Below, one piece after another: positions 45,103-53,985 of a stretch of DNA of 64,000 nucleotides. Origin of the DNA: Minisyncoccota bacterium (lineage in GTDB: Bacteria; Patescibacteriota; Minisyncoccia; UBA6257; GWB1-50-10); contig JAGVBB010000003.1 in assembly GCA_020059915.1 (NCBI GenBank), positions 40,920 through 104,919 of the forward strand. The letters are read 5' to 3'. The notes beneath the pieces were generated by a model. It saw only the letters and a list, made by a program, of their open reading frames with translations. It was not told where the DNA came from and did not search any database. A program made the position numbers and the translations under genes. Each line of letters starts with the position of its first letter. The first letter of the stretch is position 1.

Positions 45103-45549
45103 ATGAAATTCACGCTTGAACGGTTTATTGAGGCAAACAATAATGGAACTTTGAAAGAACTTACCATTGAATATTTATTAACCGAAGGAAAGAATAAACA
45201 TCTCGCGGATCATTTATCTAACAACAAAATAATTTGGGTTGATCTTATTGAATACCCACTTAGACAATTAAGAAGAGAAATGGGATATGAGGGCGAGGGA
45301 CTTGTGTTTAGTGAGAACAAAGAACAATGGGATCAACGGGTTGGACTCTTAAAAAATGACATACAACAGGGATATACTCCTCCCCCGCTTATTGCTACCG
45401 ACTTTTGGGATGATGTACATCTTGCTGATGGTTCACACAGACATGAGGCGTTTGTGCAACTTAATTGGAGTAAATATTGGACTATATTCTTCATAAAAAA
45501 TGAGGCCAATAAAAAGATAATTTTGGATATGAATTTGTTAGGGAATTAA
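45103..45549 (+). CDS. ParB/sulfiredoxin-like nuclease-domain protein
   Basis: PPPLIATDFWDDVHLADGSHRHEAF resembles the ParB N-terminal domain motif (DGhHR..A). Start reassigned to MKFTLERF at 45103. Confidence 0.5.
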   Translation: MKFTLERFIEANNNGTLKELTIEYLLTEGKNKHLADHLSNNKIIWVDLIEYPLRQLRREMGYEGEGLVFSENKEQWDQRVGLLKNDIQQGYTPPPLIATDFWDDVHLADGSHRHEAFVQLNWSKYWTIFFIKNEANKKIILDMNLLGN

Positions 45550-46646
45550 ACAAATCCAAGAACTACAGCAATTCCCATAACAAGCATGAGCACTCCCGCA
45601 ATTAGGTGAAGTAAACGCAAGCGTTTCTGACGTATTTTTTCCGCCATAGACGGATCAAACCCTTTGTATGTTGCAAATGTGATAAAAAGCATTGGCAGGA
45701 TAAAAATGACATTGTATAGGAACAAATACCACAACGCTTGTGCAAGATAGGTTTTCTTTGCGAGCAGTCCCAAAATCACGATATATGGACCGCTTGTGCA
45801 CGGAAGGAGAAACAAACTTACTACAAATCCAATCGCAAATGCTCCCCATGGATTTGTTATTGAGTTGATAAGCCCCTTCAACTTGGGTCGCCAACTTAGT
45901 GGTACCTCCATAAGAATTCCCTTCCCATACCAGAAATAATCCTTCAGATTGAGTAATCCGATAATAATTGCGAGCCAGCCGATAATTGTATAAAACCACA
46001 AAGAAACATTACCGATGCTGAGTGCTTGATACAAACCAAGCCCCATAAGAAAATATGAGATAAATATGGAAAGTGAAAATGCAAGACCTGCGCGAAGCGC
46101 TCTTTTTCTGTTTCCCGATGCCAATATTGCTGTCATAAGAATAATAAGCACTGCAAATTCGCATGGATTTACTGCATCAACCGCACTTCCCATAATTACT
46201 GCAGCCGCGGTGATTCCGATGTCCTGATGCTCTTCTTTTTCTATAAGTGGTTCAGAAAGATCTTTAGAAGATCCAAGAAAGTTCTCTGCTTCTTGAAAAA
46301 AATTATCTATAATCGGTCTATCGCCCATAAATACTTTTTCTCCCATTATCAATGCTGGTACCCCGCGTCCTTCTGCGGGAATATTCATACGATCAAGTAG
46401 CTCGTTATACAAAACGGCATTCTCACGATTGAAATAAATTTCCTTTTTTTCAATTGGATAGTTTTCAAAAATTTGTTTGTCTTCAAAATATTTTTCAACA
46501 ACCGCACAATGAGGACATCCTGTCCCATAAAAGAAATATATTTTGTTTTGTGCAGTTGTTATATCTGTAACAGTGAAAAATATTATGTATACAAGTATTG
46601 CTATAGCACACACGCGCCACAGTATGTTAGATTTTGCCATCTTCAT
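45546..46646 (-). CDS. thioredoxin-fold / CcdA(DsbD)-family thiol-disulfide membrane protein fusion
   Basis: N-terminal CPHC thioredoxin-like domain after a TM anchor. C-terminal CcdA-like membrane domain with the AVNPCEFAVL motif. Confidence 0.65.
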   Translation of the reverse strand: MKMAKSNILWRVCAIAILVYIIFFTVTDITTAQNKIYFFYGTGCPHCAVVEKYFEDKQIFENYPIEKKEIYFNRENAVLYNELLDRMNIPAEGRGVPALIMGEKVFMGDRPIIDNFFQEAENFLGSSKDLSEPLIEKEEHQDIGITAAAVIMGSAVDAVNPCEFAVLIILMTAILASGNRKRALRAGLAFSLSIFISYFLMGLGLYQALSIGNVSLWFYTIIGWLAIIIGLLNLKDYFWYGKGILMEVPLSWRPKLKGLINSITNPWGAFAIGFVVSLFLLPCTSGPYIVILGLLAKKTYLAQALWYLFLYNVIFILPMLFITFATYKGFDPSMAEKIRQKRLRLLHLIAGVLMLVMGIAVVLGFV

Positions 46647-46926
46647 GGTTTATTATTTTTATTGCTTTTCCGTGTATCAATGCATCTCCAATTTTTTCAT
46701 AGGTTGCACGAAGAATTCTTTGGTATGTACTTTGTGAAGTACGCATTTTTTTTGCCGCATCAATTTGATCCAGATTATTAATGTGTCGCAAACGATAGGA
46801 TTCAAGCTCCTCGATAGATATTTCAACAATCTTCAGATTTCGCAACGGAACTCCTTGCGGTTTAAAGTATAGAATATTTGGTTTGAAGGTGATTCCAGAA
46901 CACAAACAACGTCTTGGTCTTGCCAT
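46627..46926 (-). CDS. DUF134 (UPF0251) predicted DNA-binding protein
   Basis: MARPRRCLC...FKPQGVP N-terminus and a sigma-70 region-4-like HTH (QIDAAKKMRTSQSTYQRIL). Confidence 0.6.
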   Translation of the reverse strand: MARPRRCLCSGITFKPNILYFKPQGVPLRNLKIVEISIEELESYRLRHINNLDQIDAAKKMRTSQSTYQRILRATYEKIGDALIHGKAIKIINHEDGKI

Positions 46927-47002
46927 ATGTTTATATTAATATAATATCGTTTTTAAAAACCACACCAACCCTTCTTAAATAAGAAGGGTTGGTATTTTTT
47001 AT

Positions 47003-47245
47003 CTACTGATTCTTTAGAATAGCCTTTTCTTCACGAATGGCTACCAACTCATCCTCAAGCATTTTTTCCTGTTCTTCTAGAGTATTGAGTTTGTTTGTAG
47101 GAGAAATATATCTCCTGAATCCAAATCCCCGACCACAGCCACGACAACCCCAACCACGTCCCATTTTTTCTCCATTACAAGAACCAGCACCTCTTCCCGT
47201 CATAGGACCTTGTCCTAATGGACCTGTTGTGTCTAATTTTGGCAT
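47003..47245 (-). CDS. DUF5320-family protein
   Basis: MPKLDTTGPLGQGPMTGRGAGSCNG N-terminal motif and a C-terminal coiled coil. This family is a typical partner of DUF134. Confidence 0.55.
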   Translation of the reverse strand: MPKLDTTGPLGQGPMTGRGAGSCNGEKMGRGWGCRGCGRGFGFRRYISPTNKLNTLEEQEKMLEDELVAIREEKAILKNQ

Positions 47246-47289
47246 GTTGTTATTATTTTTTTGTATAGCGGCCTTTTATTTGTTATGTC

Positions 47290-47319
47290 TCTAGTTATGA
47301 ATATATACCCATAACTAGA
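47290..47319. promoter_or_regulatory. 10-bp inverted repeat candidate operator
   Basis: tctagttatg-N10-cataactaga, about 45 bp upstream of the DUF5320 start codon. Confidence 0.3.
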
Positions 47320-47591
47320 AGTTGTCAAATCAAAAGTTCTTTTCTATCTGATTATTAGTAATGACCCTAAAAAACAAAAAACCCATCTTGCGATGGAATC
47401 TTTGTAGACCTAAGAAAGTACGTTGACGTTTTGCAACATCAAATGAAATTATAACTCACGAAACAATTTCTCCCTTTCATAGATCTACTTTAAGTATGGG
47501 CCATTGGGGAGTTTGTACAATGATACGTCTGTGGATAACTTTTGGTCTGTTTTTTATGATTTTTGCTGTGGATTTTCTTATCTACATAAAA

Positions 47592-47625
47592 ATCAACGCC
47601 CCATTGGGGCGTTTGTAAAAATTGA
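47592..47625 (-). terminator. hairpin terminator
   Basis: aacgccccattggggcgtt hairpin flanked by A/T runs, at the end of the 47627-48232 gene. Confidence 0.45.
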
Positions 47626-47626
47626 T

Positions 47627-48232
47627 TTATTGTGGAGTGTAGCGTATTCCCATTGAATACAATGGAAATTTGTTTGTTATATCGTATCCAGTAGAAGCAT
47701 AACACTTCCATTCCCTATTCACTGATTGTGTGAATTTTAGTTCTATGCATCGTTTCCATGTCTGCGTGACCCCAAGTGTTGCAAAAGTTGCATCGAAGTT
47801 GAAAGCGGAAATTGTAACTGAGTGGTAATTAATAAACTCATTCAGCGTCCATTCAGGTTTATCAGGGAGGCCGGCCATTATGCCGTACCAGTGGAGTGTC
47901 GAGAGAAATTCAAATGGTTGAATGGCAACTTGAAGTCCGCCCCACACAGCATCCTTATAAAATCCGGCAGTTGCACCAAGTTTTACCATTGGAATGAGTT
48001 TTGTTAACTGAAATCTTCCATGAACACGAGTTTGATTTCCGGTTATTCTTAGTGTTGTATTTTCACTTTTAAATGCAACATTAATATCAACACCGCTTGA
48101 AATCACACCTCTTCCAAAACTCACGTCAACGCTTTCAAATTTCAATGCATTTTCATCTTGTGCAAATGCATGATTTGGAAAAACACACATGGTAACAAGT
48201 ACCAAAAAAAGAATTGCAAATAACTTTTTCAA
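47627..48232 (-). CDS. hypothetical secreted beta-rich protein
   Basis: Signal peptide MKKLFAILFLVLVTMCVFPNHAFA. Alternating hydrophobic pattern. Ends in aromatic residues. Confidence 0.4.
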   Translation of the reverse strand: MKKLFAILFLVLVTMCVFPNHAFAQDENALKFESVDVSFGRGVISSGVDINVAFKSENTTLRITGNQTRVHGRFQLTKLIPMVKLGATAGFYKDAVWGGLQVAIQPFEFLSTLHWYGIMAGLPDKPEWTLNEFINYHSVTISAFNFDATFATLGVTQTWKRCIELKFTQSVNREWKCYASTGYDITNKFPLYSMGIRYTPQ

Positions 48233-48395
48233 TTTCTATCCCCATTTGTTAATGATATATGGATTATATCACCAAATATATAATTTGTCAACCTTACAAA
48301 TATTTATATTCTTATAGGATAATGTTTTTTATTGTGAATTACTTTGATTTTTGTGATACACTGATACAGATGAGTAGTGAATGCAGATTCACTAG

Positions 48396-48992
48396 GTGAT
48401 CAGAATCAACATGAAAATAAATACAAAGGGCTCAGAGTGGCGTCCCCAAGAAGATGGGGTCGATTTTTTTGGTAAGTTTTGGGAAAAAAGTTGGACATAT
48501 ATAAAGACGGTTGTTAATGTACTTCACGAGTCAGTCCTCATTCTTGATAAGGATCTTCGCATTATAGCGGGAAACGAAACCTTCTATAGGACGTTTGATG
48601 TGACACAAGAAAAAACAGAAGGGAAGGTTATTTATGAACTTGGAAATGGCCAATGGGATATTCCCATTCTTCGAAAATTTTTTGATGAGATTTTGAAAGA
48701 GCATAGTTTTTTTAAGGGATTCCAAGTCGCTCATGACTTCCCTTCTATTGGACGTAAGGTAATGATTTTAAACGCACGTGAAATTCATATCAAAGATGAT
48801 ACTTCTTTAGAAAGTTCCTCCCCCATTATTGTGCTTGCCATAGAAGATGTTACGGAAATGATGGTTGTTGCAGAAACGCTTGCACACCAGACAAAACAAA
48901 TTGAGGCAAGGTTTAGTGTACGGACGCACATGTTAGAAGTTCAAATAGAAAAATTACAAAGTGAGCTCAATAATTTTAAAAATAAACCCTAG
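48396..48992 (+). CDS. PAS-domain protein
   Basis: VLILDKDLRIIAGNETFYRTFDV...GKVIYEL fits the PAS fold. C-terminal coiled coil. The terminator aaaccctagtaaaatagggcttttt follows. Confidence 0.55.
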   Translation: MIRINMKINTKGSEWRPQEDGVDFFGKFWEKSWTYIKTVVNVLHESVLILDKDLRIIAGNETFYRTFDVTQEKTEGKVIYELGNGQWDIPILRKFFDEILKEHSFFKGFQVAHDFPSIGRKVMILNAREIHIKDDTSLESSSPIIVLAIEDVTEMMVVAETLAHQTKQIEARFSVRTHMLEVQIEKLQSELNNFKNKP

Positions 48993-49023
48993 TAAAATAG
49001 GGCTTTTTATATATTATTAAAGA

Positions 49024-49674
49024 ATGATTCGGGCAGTTTTATTTGATATGGACGGGCTTATGTTTGACACGGAGACGGCATATTCCATTGTTCAAACAGA
49101 AATGTTCAAAAAACGAGGCGTGGAGTTTACTGTCGAGATAAAGCGCCCGCTTATGGGGAAACGCGCCAATGAGGTTATGGAAAGAATTATTGAGGTATGG
49201 GGAACACATGAGAAGGTAGAAGATGTGCTTTTCGAACAGGATGAATTACTCAAAAAAGTTTTTCAAGAATCAGTAAAAAAATTGGAGGGACTAGATGAAA
49301 TTATCCAATTTCTTGTTGAAAATAATGTGCGAACATGTATTGGCACATCATCAAGAAAATTTTTAGTAGATATACTTTTAGAGAAATATAACTTATCCGA
49401 TATGTTTGAATTTGTTGTTTCTGGTGACATGGTTGCAAAAGGAAAACCGGATCCAGAGATCTACACCACGTGTGTTAAAAAGCTTAATATTCCCCCTTCT
49501 AATTGTCTTGTATTGGAAGACTCATTGAATGGTGTGCGGGCAGGGGTTACTGCTGGATGCCATGTTTGTGCAATTCCTTCTGAATATACCCGCGATGAAA
49601 ATTTCTTTATAGCAACGTTTGTTGTTGAATCTTTGGCAGATAAGAAAATAAAAGATTTCATTTTAAGTAATTAA
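49024..49674 (+). CDS. HAD-superfamily hydrolase (subfamily IA, beta-phosphoglucomutase-like)
   Basis: Motif I VLFDMDGLMFDTE, motif II GTSS and motif III/IV K...LEDSLNG. Confidence 0.8.
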   Translation: MIRAVLFDMDGLMFDTETAYSIVQTEMFKKRGVEFTVEIKRPLMGKRANEVMERIIEVWGTHEKVEDVLFEQDELLKKVFQESVKKLEGLDEIIQFLVENNVRTCIGTSSRKFLVDILLEKYNLSDMFEFVVSGDMVAKGKPDPEIYTTCVKKLNIPPSNCLVLEDSLNGVRAGVTAGCHVCAIPSEYTRDENFFIATFVVESLADKKIKDFILSN

Positions 49675-49676
49675 TT

Positions 49677-49934
49677 GTGAACTATTTCACTTATATTCTG
49701 AAATGTGCTGATGGAACGCTTTATACCGGTTCTACGAATAATTTGGATAAGAGGATAAAACAGCATAACAATCTGAAATCGGGAGCTCATTATACAAAAA
49801 TTAGAAGGCCTGTTTCCTTGTTATATTTTGAAACATTCAAGACGCCTGGGGAGGCAAAAAAACGTGAAAATGAGATTAAACGCTGGCGTCGTGACAAGAA
49901 ACTTGTTTTAATTAGTACTCACTATGAAACATAA
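49677..49934 (+). CDS. GIY-YIG nuclease-family protein (UPF0213)
   Basis: FTYILKCADGTLYTGSTNNLDKRIKQHN with the GIY...YIG-like pattern. GTG start. Confidence 0.75.
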   Translation: MNYFTYILKCADGTLYTGSTNNLDKRIKQHNNLKSGAHYTKIRRPVSLLYFETFKTPGEAKKRENEIKRWRRDKKLVLISTHYET

Positions 49935-50655
49935 AAGCTATATAATTTCTGCGGTATTTTTATTTGTTTGTGCAATAGTCATTTTTTATCTGTACAACAC
50001 CAACAACATAACAAGACAGGAGGAAGAGACTGTTATGTGCACCATGGATGCACTTATTTGTCCTGATGGAAGCGGAGTCGGGAGATCGGGAAAGGATTGT
50101 GCGTTCTCCCCTTGTTCGAATGGAAACCTGTTTATTGGAGAATTCCAACAGGATTCAAACGGATTTCGCCTTATTATGGAATCCCCAAAAGGAATTGGGA
50201 ACGAGACTTCGTATGTGATGCCACTCCAGATAACAGTGACAAATGTATTAAAAGAATTTATCGGAAAGAAGGTGCAGGTGCGCGGGAGTTTTGTTACTGG
50301 AAACACGTTACACGTTGATTCAATGGAAGAAGCGAACGATTCAATACTTGAAACAGGAACGGTACCAATGGGAAAAACAATATACATTAATAGAGTTTTT
50401 GTGACACTCCACAGTGTGGTGCAGGACAGCAGGTGTCCGATTGACGCACAATGCATAGAAGCGGGAGCTATCACCGCGCGCGTGACACTCAAGAGCGACA
50501 CCAATACAGAAACATTTAATATGCCATCCGATGAGGTACCGCATAAATTTGACTCTTATCAGGTTTCAATTATTGATATCCAACCACCACGCATGTCAGG
50601 AAAAGAAACAAATCAAAACGATTATGTTCTTACTTTCAAGGTAACATCGCTATAA
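49924..50655 (+). CDS. hypothetical membrane-anchored Cys-containing protein
   Basis: N-terminal TM anchor and several Cys pairs. No recognised motif. Confidence 0.4.
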   Translation: MKHKSYIISAVFLFVCAIVIFYLYNTNNITRQEEETVMCTMDALICPDGSGVGRSGKDCAFSPCSNGNLFIGEFQQDSNGFRLIMESPKGIGNETSYVMPLQITVTNVLKEFIGKKVQVRGSFVTGNTLHVDSMEEANDSILETGTVPMGKTIYINRVFVTLHSVVQDSRCPIDAQCIEAGAITARVTLKSDTNTETFNMPSDEVPHKFDSYQVSIIDIQPPRMSGKETNQNDYVLTFKVTSL

Positions 50656-51351
50656 ATGAAATATTATTTAAAACTACTTTCACTCCCCCTTTCGTTATTG
50701 GCGCTTTTTCTTTCACTCAATATTATTTGGCGCGTGTTTGATTTGCCACCCGCAGAAGTTTTTGCACAACAGGTGGAGGTGTGGTTTAGATCATATGGTC
50801 TCATCGTATTATTTATCAGTGCGTTTATAGAAGGAGTACTCTTGTTTGGAGGATACTTTCCTGGAGTGTTTGTGATATTCATAAGTATCGTATTGTCCCA
50901 ATCAATTCCTGATGCAATACTACGTGTTGCCGTCGCTTCGGTTGGTCTCTTTCTTGCACATGTATTCAATTATGCGTTAGGAAAATATGGATGGCATAGA
51001 TTGCTTTCACGATTCGGGCTCAAACATTCAATCGCACAAGCGCAAGAAAATTTAGTTGCACATGGAGCACTTGCGATTTTCAGCAGTTATTGGTTGCCGA
51101 GTATTGGAACACTGACCGATACTGCCGCAGGAATATTGCAGATGCCATTCAAGAAATTTTTTGTTGCATCTCTCCTTTCTGTTATTTTTTGGGATTCATT
51201 AGTAGGAACAATTGTATATATTATTGGACCAAAATCGCTCGCCATTGCATCTTCCGGAGGTATAACAGAATTGATTATTCAGTTTTCAATTGTTGCAATC
51301 TGGATAGCTGTTTTACTTTTATTGGATTGGAAAAAGAGAAGAATTATATAG
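50656..51351 (+). CDS. DedA/SNARE-associated-like membrane protein
   Basis: FIEGVLLFGGYFPGVFVIFI resembles the DedA E...PGE/G motif region. Multi-TM. Confidence 0.45.
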   Translation: MKYYLKLLSLPLSLLALFLSLNIIWRVFDLPPAEVFAQQVEVWFRSYGLIVLFISAFIEGVLLFGGYFPGVFVIFISIVLSQSIPDAILRVAVASVGLFLAHVFNYALGKYGWHRLLSRFGLKHSIAQAQENLVAHGALAIFSSYWLPSIGTLTDTAAGILQMPFKKFFVASLLSVIFWDSLVGTIVYIIGPKSLAIASSGGITELIIQFSIVAIWIAVLLLLDWKKRRII

Positions 51352-51442
51352 TTTTGTAGTAATTTAGTTGCTAAAAGGGAGTAAAACAACTACACTGAAC
51401 ATCTAGTAACAAGAACCCACCACGGTGGGATTTCGTTTGTCT

Positions 51443-52900
51443 ATGTCACAAAAAGAAACAATAATCAGGTTTGATAAAGTTTCGTTTGATTATGGCTTCA
51501 AAAAGCAAATTCTTTCTGAGGCGAGTTTTTCAATCAGAGAAAACGCAAAAATAACACTCATGGGACAGAATGGTGCCGGAAAAAGCACCATATTCCATCT
51601 TATTTCTGGAACATTACAATCAGAGTCAGGAAGTGTGATTGTAAAAAATGGAATGACCCTTGCAACTGCACGACAGGTGGTACCGAGAGAATATGTAGAT
51701 CTCACTGTTCGTGAATTCTTTGAAAAAGCGTTTTTGAAAAAAGTATATGATATAGATCCAAAAATTGAGGCAATATTAGAAATAGTTAACCTACGCGCTC
51801 CTCTTACCCGAACAGTAAAAAGTTTTTCTGGTGGACAGCAGGCACGTCTCCTTCTTGCACATGCACTTATTCAGAATCCGGATATTCTTCTTCTTGATGA
51901 GCCGACAAACAATCTTGATAAGGCGGGAATTGCTCATCTTACCGAGTTTCTTATTTCTTATAAAAAAACATGTATTGTTATTTCCCACGATGCAGATTTT
52001 TTGAATGCATTTACCGATGGCGTGTTGTATCTTGATTACTTCACCAAGAAGGTTGAACAATATGTTGGAAATTATTTTGATGTGGTACGAGAGATACAAA
52101 ACCGCTTGGAGCGAGAGAGAATGAAAAATGCCAGACTCGAGAAAGATATTGCAAATCGAAAGGATCAGGCAAATTTCTTTGCACAAAAAGGTGGACACAT
52201 GCGTGATGTTGCTAAGAAAATGAGAACACAGATTGAAAAGCTTTCTGAAGAAAAAGTGGAAGAGCGACGAGAAGACAAGACCATCAGAAAATTTCTTATT
52301 CCCGTTCAACAAGACATATCGGGACGCATTTTAAATCTGGATTCGGTTGCCATATTTCGTGATCACAAGTCCGTTACCAAAAAGGTTTCAGTAACATTGA
52401 AGAAAAAAGAACGGTTGTTACTCACTGGCTCCAACGGTATTGGAAAGACAACATTGCTTGAAAAACTTGCAACCGGCCATGCAAAAGGAGAGCATATTAC
52501 CGAGGGTGTTCGTATCGGATATTATAGACAAGATTTTTCCACACTTGATTTTAATGCAACAGTATATGAGGCCCTAAAGGAGGTTATGCGTGACGGTATG
52601 AGTGAGGAAGACCTCCGTTCTGTGGGAGCAGGATTTTTACTTGATGCTGAGGTATTAAAAACAAAAATTGGTTCACTTTCTGAAGGACAGAAGGGATTAA
52701 CCGCATTTGCGCGGTTGGTATTATTGGAGCCTGGATTACTTATCCTTGATGAACCGACAAATCACATTAATTTTCGACATATTCCCATCATTGCACGCGC
52801 GCTTGATTCATATGAAGGCGCAATGATTTTGGTGAGCCACGTTCCTGATTTTATTGAAAAAATAAACATGACAGAGACGTTGGACTTGGACAAACTGTAA
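51443..52900 (+). CDS. ABC-F family ATPase (tandem ABC domains, no TMD)
   Basis: Two Walker A motifs (GQNGAGKST, GSNGIGKTT), two signature motifs (SGGQQARL, SEGQKGL) and a linker region. The ATG at 51443 is preferred over the GTG at 51425. The upstream hairpin is cccacc-acg-gtggg. Confidence 0.85.
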   Translation: MSQKETIIRFDKVSFDYGFKKQILSEASFSIRENAKITLMGQNGAGKSTIFHLISGTLQSESGSVIVKNGMTLATARQVVPREYVDLTVREFFEKAFLKKVYDIDPKIEAILEIVNLRAPLTRTVKSFSGGQQARLLLAHALIQNPDILLLDEPTNNLDKAGIAHLTEFLISYKKTCIVISHDADFLNAFTDGVLYLDYFTKKVEQYVGNYFDVVREIQNRLERERMKNARLEKDIANRKDQANFFAQKGGHMRDVAKKMRTQIEKLSEEKVEERREDKTIRKFLIPVQQDISGRILNLDSVAIFRDHKSVTKKVSVTLKKKERLLLTGSNGIGKTTLLEKLATGHAKGEHITEGVRIGYYRQDFSTLDFNATVYEALKEVMRDGMSEEDLRSVGAGFLLDAEVLKTKIGSLSEGQKGLTAFARLVLLEPGLLILDEPTNHINFRHIPIIARALDSYEGAMILVSHVPDFIEKINMTETLDLDKL

Positions 52901-52903
52901 TAC

Positions 52904-52935
52904 AAAAAAATCCGCCGAAAGGGCGGATTTTTTGT
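52904..52935 (+). terminator. bidirectional intrinsic terminator
   Basis: aaaaaaatccgcc-gaaag-ggcggattttttg. Confidence 0.55.
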
Positions 52936-52939
52936 ATTG

Positions 52940-53620
52940 TTATTTTGCGATGAGAGAAAAAGACATGTTGAAGAAATCATCAATGACATTGTTTGCAAGG
53001 TTATCAAAGAATTTATCCGAACCGTAGCGAATATTCCATTTTGTTCTGTCTATGGAAACCGTTCCATTTATTTTCAACATACCATCCTGCACAAATATAT
53101 CTGCAGGAAATTCAATTTCATTAGTAACATCTTTCATGGTTAAATCCCCTGTTACGAGGTATCCGAAGGGATTTACTGATGAGGCATTTATTTGTGCACT
53201 CTTAATTACAAACGTCGCACTAGGGAATGTCTCAACTGCAAAAAAATCTTCTGACTTTAGATGGCGATCAAGACCAGATTCACCATTTCCCTTTCCTGTT
53301 GAGTCCGTCTGTATAGTGGTCATATCAAACACAATTGTTCCCATTATGATTCCTTCAGAAACAGAAACAGTTCCTTCTTTTACTTTTATAGTACCCCGAT
53401 CAGTATAGTCTTTTATAAGAGTTTTCTTTCCCTCCCAGTTGGAGACGCTTTCTGGAACAGAAATTTTATACTGTCCATTCTTGACCATTGTCGCATTAGC
53501 GTACTTATTGTCTGCGCCGTTTTTTTCCGCGGGTTGTTTTTCTGTTTTTTGAAAAAAAGAAAACCAAACAGCACCGATAACCAGAAGACCAATGATTATG
53601 TATATAATATTTTTTGTCAT
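52940..53620 (-). CDS. YceI-family periplasmic/lipid-binding protein
   Basis: LDRHLKSEDFFAVETFPSATFVIKS and YLVTGDLTMKDVT match the YceI pattern. N-terminal TM anchor. Confidence 0.7.
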   Translation of the reverse strand: MTKNIIYIIIGLLVIGAVWFSFFQKTEKQPAEKNGADNKYANATMVKNGQYKISVPESVSNWEGKKTLIKDYTDRGTIKVKEGTVSVSEGIIMGTIVFDMTTIQTDSTGKGNGESGLDRHLKSEDFFAVETFPSATFVIKSAQINASSVNPFGYLVTGDLTMKDVTNEIEFPADIFVQDGMLKINGTVSIDRTKWNIRYGSDKFFDNLANNVIDDFFNMSFSLIAK

Positions 53621-53687
53621 ATGTTTATTTTTTTATATCTCATAAGTATACCAAAAATCCGCCCTGTTAGGCGGATTTACAAGAATC

Positions 53688-53846
53688 TTATGCGCCTACT
53701 TGAGGCTGATTCTCCGTTGTCGCTTCTGAGCTAGGAGTGACCTCGGTTTTTGTCTCGGTCGCTTCGCTCGCCACCAACTGAACGTTACAGGTTGAGCAGT
53801 TTCCTGCTTCTGATGATACTGCCTGACATTTTGGACACGTGTACAT
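53688..53846 (-). CDS. small zinc-ribbon protein (52 aa, below ORF-track cutoff)
   Basis: Translation MYTCPKCQAVSSEAGNCSTCNVQLVASEATETKTEVTPSSEATTENQPQVGA has CxxC...CxxC. It is GC-rich (about 50%) relative to its surroundings. A terminator aaatccgccctgttaggcggattt lies downstream on the minus strand. Confidence 0.45.
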   Translation of the reverse strand: MYTCPKCQAVSSEAGNCSTCNVQLVASEATETKTEVTPSSEATTENQPQVGA

Positions 53847-53985
53847 GTTTGTTGTTTGGTTAAATTAAACAACGGCGTGCGACTATTACCGTTCTCCGGT
53901 TTCAAAAAAGAAGGCAGTACCTTCTTTTTGATATATACCCATGATACCCTATTTTTTTGTTTTTATCCAGTTTTTTCTCATAATG

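Noticed and set aside
53696-53905. 69-aa track ORF on the minus strand
   Set aside because: It has no features. A different frame on the same strand encodes a textbook CxxC...CxxC zinc ribbon with its own terminator, and that was preferred.
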